DNA of 63,170 nt, counting the filler, from Sphacelaria rigidula (taxonomy: Eukaryota): the NCBI GenBank assembly GCA_964200075.2. It is 5 parts of 5 records of this genome, joined end to end, with 100 filler letters (N's around TTAATTAATTAA, not from the genome) between each part and the next. Parts side by side here need not be neighbours in the genome. Positions count along the whole stretch, not along the records: positions 1 to 12,556 come from CAXNAA020003635.1; positions 12,657 to 25,210 come from CAXNAA020003636.1; 3 more parts are not named here. One strand, given 5' to 3'. Positions within the stretch are counted from its first letter, which is position 1. The number at the start of each line of letters is the position of its first letter. Shown here one piece after another: positions 11,569 to 24,198 of this stretch. The notes below the pieces were generated by a model. That model did not search any database. It saw nothing but the letters and a program-made list of their open reading frames with translations, and was not told the origin of the DNA. The position numbers and the translations under genes are program-made.

Positions 11569-12556
11569 TTGGCCTCTGTGCGATGAAGTTTGCCATACCG
11601 CGGTGAAACCGCGAAGTACTTGATTTTAGTACAAAAACGGCGTTTTTGGGCCTTCTTTGACGTTAACATGGAAATTCAAGCATCAGTTGATCGAGTTTTG
11701 CGACGAAAATTTGTGGAGCCCATCCTTGGGGTATGCGGAGGCAGATAATTCACGAAAAAATGAAAAAAAATCTTAGTGCCGTTTTTCTAGGGTCCCAGAA
11801 TGGCGACTACTTCGAAAAACGACTTCGATCCTGTCGGACCCGGGAAAAACGGTGAAAAATCAAGAAGTATACAAAACATCGTCCGTAGAAAGTTTCGTAA
11901 TGATACATAGCATATTTATGCAAAGTTTCAGGATCTAACTCCTAATGACAGCGTGAAGGTTTGCGCGTTTGTGGAGGACGTGGGCTAGAAACGTGCAACT
12001 CCTAACTACCTGGGTTTAGCATGTAAACGTCTTTTGGTTTGGGGTGAATTTGACGTCAAGGCAAGAAAAACGGTATGAGGTTTTCGACTTTCTCCACCGA
12101 ACTTTGTACATGTGTTCCTTGGACTCTCCCGGGACGCACCATTTCATTATTTTTCTTGTAGGGCATTCTGTACCGCCTTCCGGGGGTCTTCATGCTAGGA
12201 CCCCCGTAAGCCGGTAGAGAAAGGAGAAACCTTGATATATTTTCAAGAATATGATTTTTCCATTTTGAGCACCAATACCTACGGAACTGCCGAGTTTGAG
12301 GGCGATCTGAGCTTTTCTACAACATATATAGAGGACCGTCACGAGGCTCCCCGGGTCTTTCTTGCGTATCATCAGTGGAAGTTAGACGACGCCGACGCCC
12401 GACATCACCGAAACATCACGGTTTCGGGTATAATTCGACCCCCGTAGTTACCGTTTTAAGAATATATTTTTCTCGTTAGATTCCCGTGTCGATGACGGTT
12501 ACTAAGATTTGAAGCATGTAGAGATTGGGTGAAAATTGGGTTTGGAATTCGTAATT

Positions 12557-12656
12557 NNNNNNNNNNNNNNNNNNNNNNNNNNNNNNNNNNNNNNNNNNNN
12601 TTAATTAATTAANNNNNNNNNNNNNNNNNNNNNNNNNNNNNNNNNNNNNNNNNNNN
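12557..12656. other. Artificial contig linker N44-TTAATTAATTAA-N44
   Basis: Identical 100-nt structure at four places; the core gives stops in all six frames. Confidence 0.97.
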
Positions 12657-12706
12657 AGGTCAATGGTCTGATGACTATGGCAGGCATGATCATGAGTACA
12701 CCCCCC
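12657..12706 (+). repeat. 3' fragment of the ~500-bp dispersed repeat family
   Basis: aggtcaatggtctgatgactatggcaggcatgatcatgagtac matches 19733-19776. Confidence 0.65.
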
Positions 12707-12738
12707 TTGGCCGGACAATCCAGCTCGACGGTATGCTC

Positions 12739-14434
12739 CAGTGTTCAATATCGAACAGAATAAAAAGTTCGATACTATATATGTCGATATCAGTATGTTT
12801 TTCGATACTCGGAAAATGACGCGATGCGTATCGAGTATCGGTACTTGGTACGATACGGCTATTTTGGTGAGGACCCAGCTTGCAAGACCTGACGGTACTA
12901 CACTGGCACACTATTGATAGCAACATAACCCGAAATGGGTGCACGCCTGATTGTATTGAAATACGACAGCAGAGGTGTGTGATTTGTTATTTGACATAAT
13001 AGAAGCGGCGGCACAATACGCGGTGTGATACTTCTGTCTAACAAAAAATGTTGGTCATCGTGCATTAGGCAAGAGGCAAAAGGCAAAAGAGGTGGTTGAT
13101 CACAACGCCTGGTCGTGTCATGTGTGATGCACAGTTTTCTTTAAGCCGGTGGTATACAAAGTATATTTTGCGGCCACCAGTTGTTCATGCTTCGATCGAA
13201 TCAGAGCGTTTACCTTGACGCTGCGAACATAAAGCGAACCTCTGCAGAAAATCACATAGATGCGAAGGATGAGGAAGTGATGACCTCGAGAAGCGAGCGC
13301 GGATGACAAGAAATTATACAGCAGAAAGACAAAGCTCATCGCTCCTGCTCAAGAAAAGCACTTGATACTATTTTCATATCCACTACATGGCCGGGGGGTG
13401 TATAAAGCCCGTCGCTCCTGCTCGAGAAACGCACTTGATATCATTTTAGTACCCACTCCATCGCCAAGGTGTGTTCGCTGTTCGCCGTTGTTCATCTCTC
13501 CTTCGTCGCGCTCATTGTGCGGGTGGCTGGGGACAACAACAGCAGTCTCGACCCGATCGATGGCGACATCAGCAAACCATCTGTTGTCCTGACGGTGGGA
13601 GTTACTTGTGCTCATGGCTTTCAGTGCAATAAATGCCACCGTCACCGTAATGCCTTACAGTACCTCCCGCGCAGTACTGTCTGTATAGTACATGTTACTG
13701 TCTGTACTACTTACTGGCTGCGGTTGGGAACAATGCTACCCGGTACTGTCTGTACTGTCTGTGGAATATGAATATAGTAAACACAACTGACCCAAACACA
13801 CAAAAAAAGTACATGCGTCAGTTGCCTGCCAAGCGTGTAAAGCGTGTGCAACAAGTTTAACGGCGCTCTCCAGACTCCAGTACTGCTGCTGCTGTTGCTT
13901 TTGCGACTGGCTGGTGGTCGTTCGTCTGTGTATGTGTGAGGGTAAGCTTTGTTGTGAGTGTGCGTGCCGTGGCGTGCCCTATATGCCTGCTCTGTTTTGC
14001 GCGAGTGCGTTCAAAAATGGTGTGCCGGCTCTGTTGTGCGCGGGTGAATTCCAGATTGGTGTTGGTTGGACCGGCGGGTCTGCACAAATGCAATGTGGGA
14101 CTGGTTGTAGTCTGCAGGCAAGTGCTCTTATTTGGCCTACGCAGGCGTATAAACGCCGGCCGCTGGTGTGGTGGGCGGAAGCATGCGAAAAAAGGAGGAT
14201 GTCATGCTGCCTACCACCCTCAATGTACTTCCAAGCTGCCGACCTCCCCCAAATTTTTATATATATATATATATACATGTATATATATCGACGACATCGA
14301 ACACTGATATCGATATCGATATCGATATTGATACGCGTCGACAAATATCGGCTTCGAAACCGGCGATATCGATACGCCGTATCGATGATGTTTATCGACC
14401 TATGTCAAATATCGAGATTCGAAATTCAATACTG
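12739..14434. mobile_element. Non-autonomous hAT-type DNA transposon (1696 bp)
   Basis: TIRs CAGTGTTCAATATCGAA / TTCGAAATTCAATACTG (14/17). 8-bp TSD GTATGCTC (12731-12738) / GTATGTTC (14435-14442). Dense subterminal ATCGA/CGATA motifs at both ends; no intact transposase. Confidence 0.75.
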
Positions 14435-14558
14435 GTATGTTCCCTCCCTCCCTTCCCCCCGCAAAAAAAAAAAGAAAGAAGAGGAAACAACAGTGCGAAA
14501 CAGTACACCCTTGTCTCACCCGCCCTCCGTGCCCTGTCCTCTTTCGCATGGCGCACAG

Positions 14559-17500
14559 CTTATGCTCGGCGGCAGCGAGGTTCAGCATGTCCGCGGTTTT
14601 GACGGCAGCCGCTCGCTGGCGTGGCGGAGACGGAAATCTGTTTTCCCCGGAGCTCTTCGGCTCGTTCGAGTTGTTCTGGGAGTTTCTGCAACTTACAAGC
14701 TTTGTGGAGCGGGTAGGTGCTTCCTGTGAGAGGTTCAATCGGGCGCCATTATGTACTCGGTCGTACGCAGTGTCAAAAGCTATGCTTGAGTCGGTATTGT
14801 TTTGGCTTATCGCCCGCTTCGCTCTGGAGATGGGAGGGAGAATCGCTGCTGCCCTCGATATGGTTTTCGTCAGGTGGACATGTTTGCCGGAATGGCGTTC
14901 TGTATGATGGAGCTGACCATGCGTTTTTTTACACCTTCATTGGTGTTCCCGTGCAGAGATTTGGCGTTTTTTTGTCTGCGCTTTGTGCTCTCCAGCAAAT
15001 GTCATTCGATAAGTTTGTTTTGGCCCTCCCCTTGGACTTGAGCGTCAGTATTTTCGTCTCAAAACCCTCGTTTTTGTGTCGGTCGCTGTCGACTGTCGAC
15101 TGTCGCTCTCGGGCCTGAGGTCGCCCCTTGCATGAAATGGCATCCGCATATTCATATTTACTATTGTACATAGCTGTCAGGTATCACGGCCATTCATTCA
15201 GCCAGTAGCAGATTCGAGAGACATCAGTATGACTCTTGACTTTGCATGCATCATAAAGCGTTACATTTCTGATATTCCCGCTCGTATCATCCAGGTTGGT
15301 CCGCTTGCACAACGACACCAACCATCTGCTTCGTCGGCAAACTGCATCGCTCGTATGATACGCCGCAGGGCAATTTCCAGTCCTCGACATTATCTGCGCT
15401 GAAACTCAGAGTGGTGGAGTGTGTCAAAGGCTCCGGGGGCGGGGCATTTGGTCGGTCTCTCGTGGACTGTGCCCTCGGCGCTTTGCGGAAGCTAGCGGCA
15501 CAGCCGGGCAAAAAAACTCTAGCTCGAGTTTTCGAGACCTCACATCCATACGAGGACAATATGGTGAGAGTGGAGAGTCTCGTACAAGGAAGAAGGGAGG
15601 GCAGTCGCGCGATTTTGTCTAGATTTTGAATGAATCCCTCAGCGATGTGCTTGTTTTAACATCAGTTCTATCAGCTGTTTTTGTTCACCGTCTCGTGTAC
15701 ACTGTACACCGCAATGTCACCGAAGGAGGCAAGAAGGAATCGCTGACAGTGTTGCTCCAGTACGAGTAGCGTATGCCTCTCAACCGCCTCGAGCCGATCG
15801 ATAATTTACTTGGAAGCGCAATTTTCCGTTCTCGTGCACGTGCGTGCCCATGTCACATGTCTCGGACACTCTCAGGACATGGAATGGAAGGTACACTTAC
15901 CGGGAGCCCACCGCATAAAAGTGGTATTTGATCCTCGCTCGAGAACGGAGACGAACTGCGACTGGGTCACCATTGCGCAGGAAGCGATCGAAGGTTCTTC
16001 CACGCAGGAGCAACGACGAGGTCGCTCCGCCCGGTACCACGGGAGACGCGGAAGCGAAAACTTTCCCGGTTTCGGGGGGCGGCCGCCGCTTTGGCTGGAC
16101 GGGGATCGGTTTGTCGCCCGCTTCCGCAGCGATCCCACCTCGACGGACTGGGGGATCCGATTCACGGCATACGGTGTTCTTGACGGCGGGTTCAGCGACC
16201 ACGGTGATGACCTGTCTACAGTGCCGGCTAGAGCGACCATACGGCGTGGATTGGAAACGGTCCCGGCCGGGTCTGATAGGGATGACGGCGCGGCGGAGCA
16301 AGCCGCGACCAACGTCGGACGCGGGGCTATGCTGGAGCTCGATTTGTCCTGCTGGGTACTCGAGCTCTTGGTCCGGGAGGCGTGGTCTGTGCCCGAGGTG
16401 GCCGCTCGCTTCTGCGACACGGAAACCATTGCGGTTCTCCATCGATGTTTGAAGGCATTCTGTCAGCGGTGGCGGTTGCGCGTCCTTCGCCTCGTCACCT
16501 GTGTCGCGGCTGAGGTAGGATCATCGCCTTCCGTACTATCTCCACCACTGTCGAGACAGCGGCGCGGATCTGCTGATTCTGATGCTCCCCAGCCCGTACC
16601 AATTAGACCCTCGGGGAAGGACGTGAGGGCGCTGCTCCGATTCGTTCTCACGCTGACGGAGACCCAGCGTAGGTTGGAATCGGAAACATCGCCCATGTCC
16701 CCCTACCTGCAGGCGTTGGTGCAGTGCGCAGTGCTGTTGCACTCTTCTTTGGTTAGTGTTGACGAAGGACCCGACGGCAAAGTTGCCCCCTCCTTTGCCG
16801 CAGATGAGGGCGAGGGTGTCCTGCCTAGCAAAATGAGTGTGCGGGAAGCCACGCACGACGGGGAAGATCTATATGAGGCACCTGGAGCCGGTCTGGACAG
16901 CGACTCAGGAGCAACCGCTGTGAGGGACGTTGCACTGGTGCAGGCAATGCTGTCGGACTTTGCCCGGGGCACAACACCCGTGCGTCTTCTTCTGGAAAAC
17001 GTTCTCCCTATCCTGACGGAGGCTTTCTCGGTGACGGTGCAAAGCACTCACCCATTCAACCGCCTATCGATGAGGCAGTCTGTCAGCGTGCCCGGTGCCG
17101 TTGCCTTGCACGCGCAGTTCGATTCCCGCACAGAAATGGGCGAAGCTGACCAAATCATACTCGGAGCGCCAAGGCAGCAGGGGCCGGCGGCGGACCACCC
17201 GGGCACAGGGAGTGCATCGCGATCGCCCGCGACTGTCGAAGGAGCTCTGCTGTGCGAAACCGGGGGAGAATTGAGTTTCTTCGGACTTTCTGGTGGTACA
17301 AGCGAGGACACGCTCCCGCCTATATCCGTCGGGGATCTCGTCGTAAGAGGCCCCGACTGGATATTCGGTAACGAAGATGGCGGTGAGTTTTCAAGAGACG
17401 CGTCATCGTCGTCGAATCTTCGCATAGGCGTCGTTATTGCCCTGGAGAGGTGGGCGGGGAGAGACGGTGGGGGTGCGCGGGTGCGGTGGACAGAAATGAG

Positions 17501-20500
17501 TGTACACTCTGGTGTGCATGGTGCCACACAAAGCGAAAAAATCGAGGGGGGTGGTGGTGGCGGTGAGCGGTTTGAGGCCCTCTATTCAGTGCAAAACCCG
17601 ACTCACTTGCGTGTGGTGAAGCGAGGTGGTGCTGACCGAGCGCGTAGACCTGTGGTTGTGTCGGGAGACACTCTTAATGTGGAAGCTATAACAGCTGCCG
17701 AGGGGAGTGGCAAAGTCAACATGATCTACCGCGACGGGATTTCGATCACCGATGAAGATGAACGTGGTGGGCGAACCTACGGACACTCTTTTAAGTTCGA
17801 TGGGGAGTCGACCCACGTTGAGCTTCCGAGCTATGGAGGCATGCGCTTAGAGGGTGACTTCACCCTTGAGGTGTGGGCATGGCTAGACCCTGGTATGGCC
17901 CATAATGGCAAGCCAAAGTGCGTGTTATCGAGAGTTCTCGACCAGACTCTCGTTCAAAGTAGACGCCCAACAAAAGAAAAACCGACGACGACGTCGCGGT
18001 CAGCCCCCGTCGATCCTGCTACGACAGGATCATCGCCGATGACGACGCCTGCTACTTTTGTGCGTAGGACCGCTCTTTCGTCCGCAAGCAAGGTATCGAC
18101 TCCTACTCCATCATCGCCGATTGTCAGGCGGGACGCGGCGGAGGTTGGAAGTGCTTGCTCACCGGCAGCAGTAACATCCGCAGCAACAGCGACGGGGAAA
18201 GGAGGAACGGAGTTTGTCGGCGCGTACGCGTACGAAGACCCACCCAGGACTTCTGTCAGTGGAGGAATTCCTACCGTTGGCACCTTTGCAAACCTCAAGC
18301 CAAGGCCCACGACAGTGCCGATTAGTCGCCGGCATTCCCGGTCTGAAACAGAGGACACCACAGTAATGCCGAGAGACGACGCCGGGCATTTGTCGCTCGT
18401 TGGGCTGGCACCGATCGCGGAGACTGTTGAGGGTGATGTGCGTGACAAGATCGAGGATAGGGTGCACGTTGACGCGACGCATAACGATTTTCTAGGGCAG
18501 CTACACTGGAGAGTGCCGGACGACCACCGCGGTGGCCACAGACGCCCTGAAGTGGATAGCCATATGGCTTCGCCGGCTGTCACTCGTGCACCCATGGTAC
18601 ACGACGCAGACGTCTTTGATGGCGTTGTTGAAGAGGAGCGTTGCGTATCGGCGAACAACGACGATCGCGCGCATTTGCCATGGGCATCAGAGCATTGGCG
18701 AGGAAAGGAATGGCTGAACGACATTGACAGTGACGGTGATGAAGACGAAATGGGAGATGTTACTGACGATTATTTTTCTGAGGATCAGGGTGACTCCGAG
18801 TCGTCGGAAGATGGTAGCAGTGGGCACGAAGCGGATCACGGCGAGTGTGACAGGGTGGGGAAGCAGGAGACAAGCAGTGACATCCCCGCCGGAGTCGATC
18901 GCCCAGTTGGCATGTTCCCTTCACAAAACGCGATAATCAGAGGTGGCGCAGCGGCGGCAGTGGCGAGTGGGCCAGGGAACCCTGGAGTGGTGATATTCGA
19001 CAACGTTTACTTGGGTTTAAGGGTCATGAGAGGCCCCGACTGGACATATCGTCAACAGGTGAGTGGAATAACGCAGGATATTTTTTTTTCTTCAAATAAT
19101 GAAATGTCACCCATAAAAGACTTGTTTTCCATCCGTGTCATTATCTGGGCGATTGGACCATACTCTTCGTATGGCACACATTATTTCTGCCCGTTGTCCC
19201 TGCGGCACGAATTGAAGTGAATTTTCCCCGCATGTGCCTCGTACAGCACGAGTCATACTCACGTGTTACCCCCCTCCCCCCGGGTTGGCGTCGATTGGCA
19301 ACGACGTTGTAAAACACACCACTCACTGCGTAAGCTAGGCAACCTGGTTACCGTTTTTTCGTTGCGCTTGCATTTTCTTTCGGCGGTAACCATGATGGTT
19401 GAGCTAGATCATATTGTGCGGGTTGGGAGAAAATCAACTCCGCGCAGAGATGATCATACTACGTAGTGTTCAAATAGTGAGGAATCCATGAGGCAGTGTG
19501 TAAGCCGTGGCTGTCTGTAGAGGTGGCGACATCAGAAAATCGAGTGACTCTTTGGAGCCTGTCATCCGCATGCAAGATAATGAGTACACTTCGGGCCGAA
19601 CAATGTTAGAAGGATACAGCCCACCCTTCGTGCGACTCGCCGAACACACCACTGTAGTCCGCGCTTGGTGACTGATTGCGAGGCTGGTCCGGCGAAAACC
19701 CGGCGTGCTCCGTCCCGGCTTCGGAGGGATGCGAGGTCAATGGTCTTATGACTACAGCATGTAAGATCATGAGTACCCGCTCCCCTCCTGTGATGCGTGC
19801 TGTGCGAATACATTGCACGAATTATTTGCCAAAGGGTTTTCGGCTGGGTACCAATCCTTGGGGGTTGGTACCGTTTCCTTACCAGACAGTTTTCAGGTTT
19901 CATATCTGTTATTAGTGTAGTGTTATTAGTGTAGCACGCCACACACATGCTTTGCCAATCGTGAGTCGTGTAAACATAGATGTTTACCACTTGTGATTTG
20001 TGCGGCGATATCAAGGGTACCTATTGCCCGCATTGTATGGGTACATCACGAATCGAGCGTATGTTTTGCCCATAACGAAATCGTGAGAGAGGCAGATCCT
20101 GCGAAGCACGGCTTTTCCAAGTTCTGAAACATCCCATTTTCTGTTACTGCGAAAAGCGCCAAAAACTGCCTCAGGGAGGTACCGGACGGGCGGGGGGGGG
20201 GAGAGAGGGAGTGCGGGTATTCATTTGTTGCTTGCCTTAGTCGTTTGACCATTGACCACGCATCCCTTTCGAGGCGGAGGTACCGGGGGAGACACTGATG
20301 GAGCCCTCGAGGCGGTGTATTCGTCTCTAGGGAGGGAGGCCGTTGAAATTATGACGGAAACGAAGATGCGATTGTCCCTTCTCCCCTTCGATTATCATTC
20401 ACGGGGTATGTTCGCAGGATGGAGGCGTGTCCAACGTCGGCACAGTTGTGGGCACCCGGGGTCTGGATGGTACCTGTCCTCCGGATGGCGACAACGCACT

Positions 20501-23500
20501 TCGTGATGGATGGACAAAGGTGAAGCATCTCGCGTTGTGGATAGACAAGTCGCTAGTTGGTTGACGCTGCCGTGTTGCGGTGATGGGCATCTGTCTCGAG
20601 ATAACGAGGAAAACGTCCCTGCTCAACGTGTGGTTACAGTAGCTGCGTTGTGGATAGACAAGTCCCTAGTTGGTGCACGCCGCCGTGTTGTGATGATGGG
20701 CATCTGTCTCGAGATAACGAGGAAACAGTTCCTGTTTTCAACGTGTGGTTACAGTAGCTGAAAAAAGTCGGGAAAAAAAATCTCGTCAAAAATGCTGCAG
20801 AAGTTGTCACAAAACGGAAGTGAAATGGTATTCGCTGTGCGCTCAGTCTGCAGATGCCCTTGCATGTCACTACACTTTCCCGTTTCAATAGAGACGGCAG
20901 TATGATTTGATAATCTCGCAAATGCTTCCGCTGCAGAAAACTTGGACTATCAGATGTGTGGGTGGCATGTACACAGTCGAGGTGTCCCTCGTCTATCCTC
21001 TCGATGCATACCTTATCCGTTACCCTGAGTACAGAAGCCACCGTCTTCTCGTTTTGTCGGTTCTCATGTTTTTTTTCGTGTAATGGTTTAGATTTTTCGA
21101 GAAAAGCGTTACGGAAACACCTTGGGGGAAAATGTGGGCGTGTGTTTGTCATGAGTTCGAGTGACTTGGAAAAACATAGTGGAAAACGTCTCGGAAAGAA
21201 ACTGGTAAGTGAGTAGGATGAATGAATGAGGGTGTACTTATGCGTATGGTTATACTAATCCAACTTCTACTTTCGCTACTGCGCAGATATTGCACTTTCA
21301 ACATTCATTTTTTCCCGGGATGAAATGTTTGTCACTTTATTTTCCCCAGCTTTGTCCGGCCGGATTGAAAACCACTGAGCAACTCTCGAAGAGGTTTCCC
21401 TATCGTCTTCTCTCCGTCATCACATGCTCCGAAACGCGTACACCAAGCGGAAAACCCGACCCCCGCCCGTTATTCTTCATGTTTACTCCAGGTCCTTTGG
21501 GATAATGGGCGGTCGAACAGTTACGAGACGGGCGCCAACGGAAAGTACACCCTCGCCTTCGCCGACGCTGTTCCGACCGCTCCACGCGACCTGGTGGTGT
21601 CTAGCGTGACAGATCGCAGCATCAGCATACGCTGGACGCCTCCGGATGGTTTGGGTCGACCTCCGCTTCATAGGTACGAAACAGTGTGGTTGGTGTTGGT
21701 GTATGGGTAGCGTTTGTAAACCACGTTGTAACCCACTTGGCCATCTGGGGGCCGCCTGGGCTTCGTTCGTCTCGCGATGACGTACGGATATCAAGGGAAA
21801 CGGAAGAAAACGCGTGAAACGTGTCGTTCTCCATTTTTTCCCGTTCATCAGCATTTAGTCACCGAAGCAATGCGTGCACTTGTATTATCTCCGTTGGGTA
21901 TGAAGAGATCAGGTCCGCGTGAAGAAATGCAATGATGATGTTGAGCGCCTACATCCCATCAACGTTGCGTTGCCTGCAGAACACTGACATGAATTCGTTA
22001 GATTTTGTGCACGACGCTTGGTGTATAGGCCTGCCGAATCGACACTTGAGCATGTGCGTAGTGTACATGGTGTGGATAACATGTAGCGCCGCGCAGCGAT
22101 CAAGTGACTGCAACAAAGCCATTGGCGAAGGAGGGGATTCCCTTAGCCGATGACTAAAAGTCCCCAATCTGATGTACCCCTAAGTACTTTTCTCCTTCTG
22201 TCAATTACGTATTACTTCTCGCCTTTCATCGCCCGGACACGCCTTTTCCCCGCCGCCGCCGCCGCCGCCGCCATTGCGTTAATATTTGTCCGCCGGATGT
22301 TGTCGCGTCTGCTAGTTACGCTATTTTCCGAGACGGATTGGAGATTGCAACGGTGGCAGCGGGTACCCTTAGCTTCACTAACACCAACAGAATGCGAGGA
22401 TGGCCGTACAGCTACAGGTACGATTGAACCCATCGAGTTCCCTTGCATGATGGCACGATGCACCACCACAAATTAGGTTTACGCCATTGGTATCAGCTAT
22501 TCTACGGTAACGCAACTTGCATACTCGTGTCCGCGCCCCCACTTTTTTCTTCAAGATGTAGCGTCGAGAAGCTACACGAGCGTACAGCACGGTAGAGTGC
22601 TGCGACACCGCGTTTACCGCAACATTAACATCAAAAGGTCCGATTACCACACTCCTACCGCGTCCCCTCCCCTCTCGCTTGCCCGCCTGGCGTCATGCCA
22701 TCAGCGTTTCCGCCAGAGGGTTGTCCGGAGAGAGTCCCCGTTGTCCATCGGTGGAATCATGTACTGCTACGCAAGACGACCGGCGTACACAGCTGGCGCT
22801 CTGGGTGGGGGGTCGGGGCACGCTACACTTCGCCATGGGCAACGAACGAGGGAAAGGGGTCCTGCTGGAGGGGCAAGAATTCCCGGAGGGAGTATGGACA
22901 CATCTCGCCGTGACGATGGAGGGTCGCAAGGTATGCTTTGCTCTTGCTGTCGTCGATCGGTTGGGCAGGTTGCTCCCATTGCGCCTATTTTGCGCCCACC
23001 GACACCGCTACTGAGCTGCCGATGTCTGAGGGTTGACGCACTATCTCATCAACGTGATCGATGTAGTTACCGTCGCGTACACCGCTCGTACGCCATGCGT
23101 GCTTCATTCCGACACATGCGAGAGATTCACAACTATCGGTCATCATCTATTTTCGCACAACTACTCGGACCCGAATTCATCTTGAATAGGTGAGTGTCTT
23201 CGTGGACGGCAAGCGATGGGCGACGGGGCAGTTCGTCGGTCGCCGCCTCTGCTCCCGAAAGCCTTCTCTAGCAGCGTCTGACCTACCCCCAACTGCCGAG
23301 CAGCCATCGGTAGAACCACTAATCCTCGGCAGTCGTGGGGCGCAGGACTATTGGCCAGGCAGGCTATGCGATGTGCGCGTGTGGGGATGCACGACGGCAG
23401 TGGCCGATGTGCATCGGCGCATGACCTGCCTCCCGTCAGCCAGTCTTGTTCGCGCCGACCCGCCGGCAGCGTATAGGATCACTGTCCCGACGGGTGGGGA

Positions 23501-24198
23501 GGGGTTTCATAGGTTGCGTGTGCATGCTCCCTTGTCAGATCCCCCCCGCAAAAACATAAGTACTGCTGTTGGCGACGGGGCGGCGGCGGTGGCGGCTGCA
23601 GATGATGACTCTTGTAGTCGGAAAGCGTATTATGAGGTATGCTGCTCTTGAGTTAATAGCGCTGTTGAACTGTATTGGGTGGTGATGGAGTCCGGTGGTT
23701 CGTACGCTTGAAGCTCGATCATTGCTTGTCCCTTGTACTGCCAGCTTCATATTCGGTTGCTTCATTTGATTGCGGTTTCAGTGTGGTACAGCAGTATTGT
23801 GGTGGTAGGATATCATGGAGTCCCACCCCCGTGATACGGACTGATTCCCATCCTCCGTCCGTCCATCGAGTGGTGACGTCTATTCCTGGCACTGTGCAAC
23901 TGTTTGTCTGGCTGGTGCCCTGTGAATGTTTTGCACAGGTCGTACTTCGTTCGGGTGGGAGCATGCAAGTAGGCTGGGCGCTTCCTACCTGTTCTCCTTC
24001 GTCTCGCACTTTGGGAACAGGAGACGACGAGTTCAGCTGGGCGTGCGATGGGTTGAGATCAATGAAGTGGCACGGCACCACATCTCCCGTATCATCTCCG
24101 TACGCGCATGGCGTGCCGTACGGGGACGGGTGGAAGTGGCGCGGTGGCGACGTGATTGGCTGTGCGGTGGATCTTGACGCCGGAGTAATGTCTTTCAG
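14559..24198 (+). CDS. Giant multidomain protein, probable HECT/HERC-like E3 ubiquitin ligase (partial at both ends): CUB-like x2, MIB-HERC2 x2, LamG/ConA-like, FN3, SPRY
   Basis: Phase-compatible GT-AG exons 14559-14712, 15369-15563, 15876-19058, 20418-20519, 21492-21673, 22316-22417, 22705-22930, 23190-23636, 23939-24198. Motifs: ETSHPYEDNM|DMEWKVHLPGA (CUB-like); VVRGPDWIFGNEDGG and VMRGPDWTYRQQ|DGG...VLWDNGRSNSYETGANGKYTL (MIB-HERC2); PTAPRDLVVSSVTDRSISIRWTPP..YAIFRDG..YSYSVSA (FN3); FDGESTHVELP..FTLEVW..WTHLAVT..VFVDG..LCDVRVW (LamG); YYE|V..MQVGWA..GDDEFSWACDG..GDVIGCAVDLDAG (SPRY). No HECT or RING domain lies inside the contig, so ligase function is inferred. Confidence 0.85.
19282..19785 (+). 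repeat. ~500-bp dispersed repeat (unclassified non-autonomous element)
   Basis: Collinear with the reverse complement of 44688-45191. Partial copies at 12657-12706 and 41205-41310. Confidence 0.8.
20532..20760 (+). repeat. Tandem duplication of a ~113-bp unit just after a splice donor
   Basis: gcgttgtggatagacaagtc...gggcatctgtctcgagataacgaggaaa...caacgtgtggttacagtagctg occurs twice head-to-tail. Confidence 0.85.

Noticed and set aside
12601..12612. TTAATTAATTAA recurring every ~12.65 kb as a biological periodic motif
   Set aside because: It is always centred in 88 Ns; it is a six-frame-stop assembly linker.
13914..14729. 271-aa ORF with IYIYIY/ISISIS runs
   Set aside because: It translates (TA)n and ATCGAT repeats of the hAT end. 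The real exon (14559-14712) is in another frame.
15810..19220. 1136-aa ORF as a complete single-exon gene
   Set aside because: Both ends run into introns. Splice sites at 15876 and 19058 join it to flanking exons through split CUB-like and MIB-HERC2 motifs.
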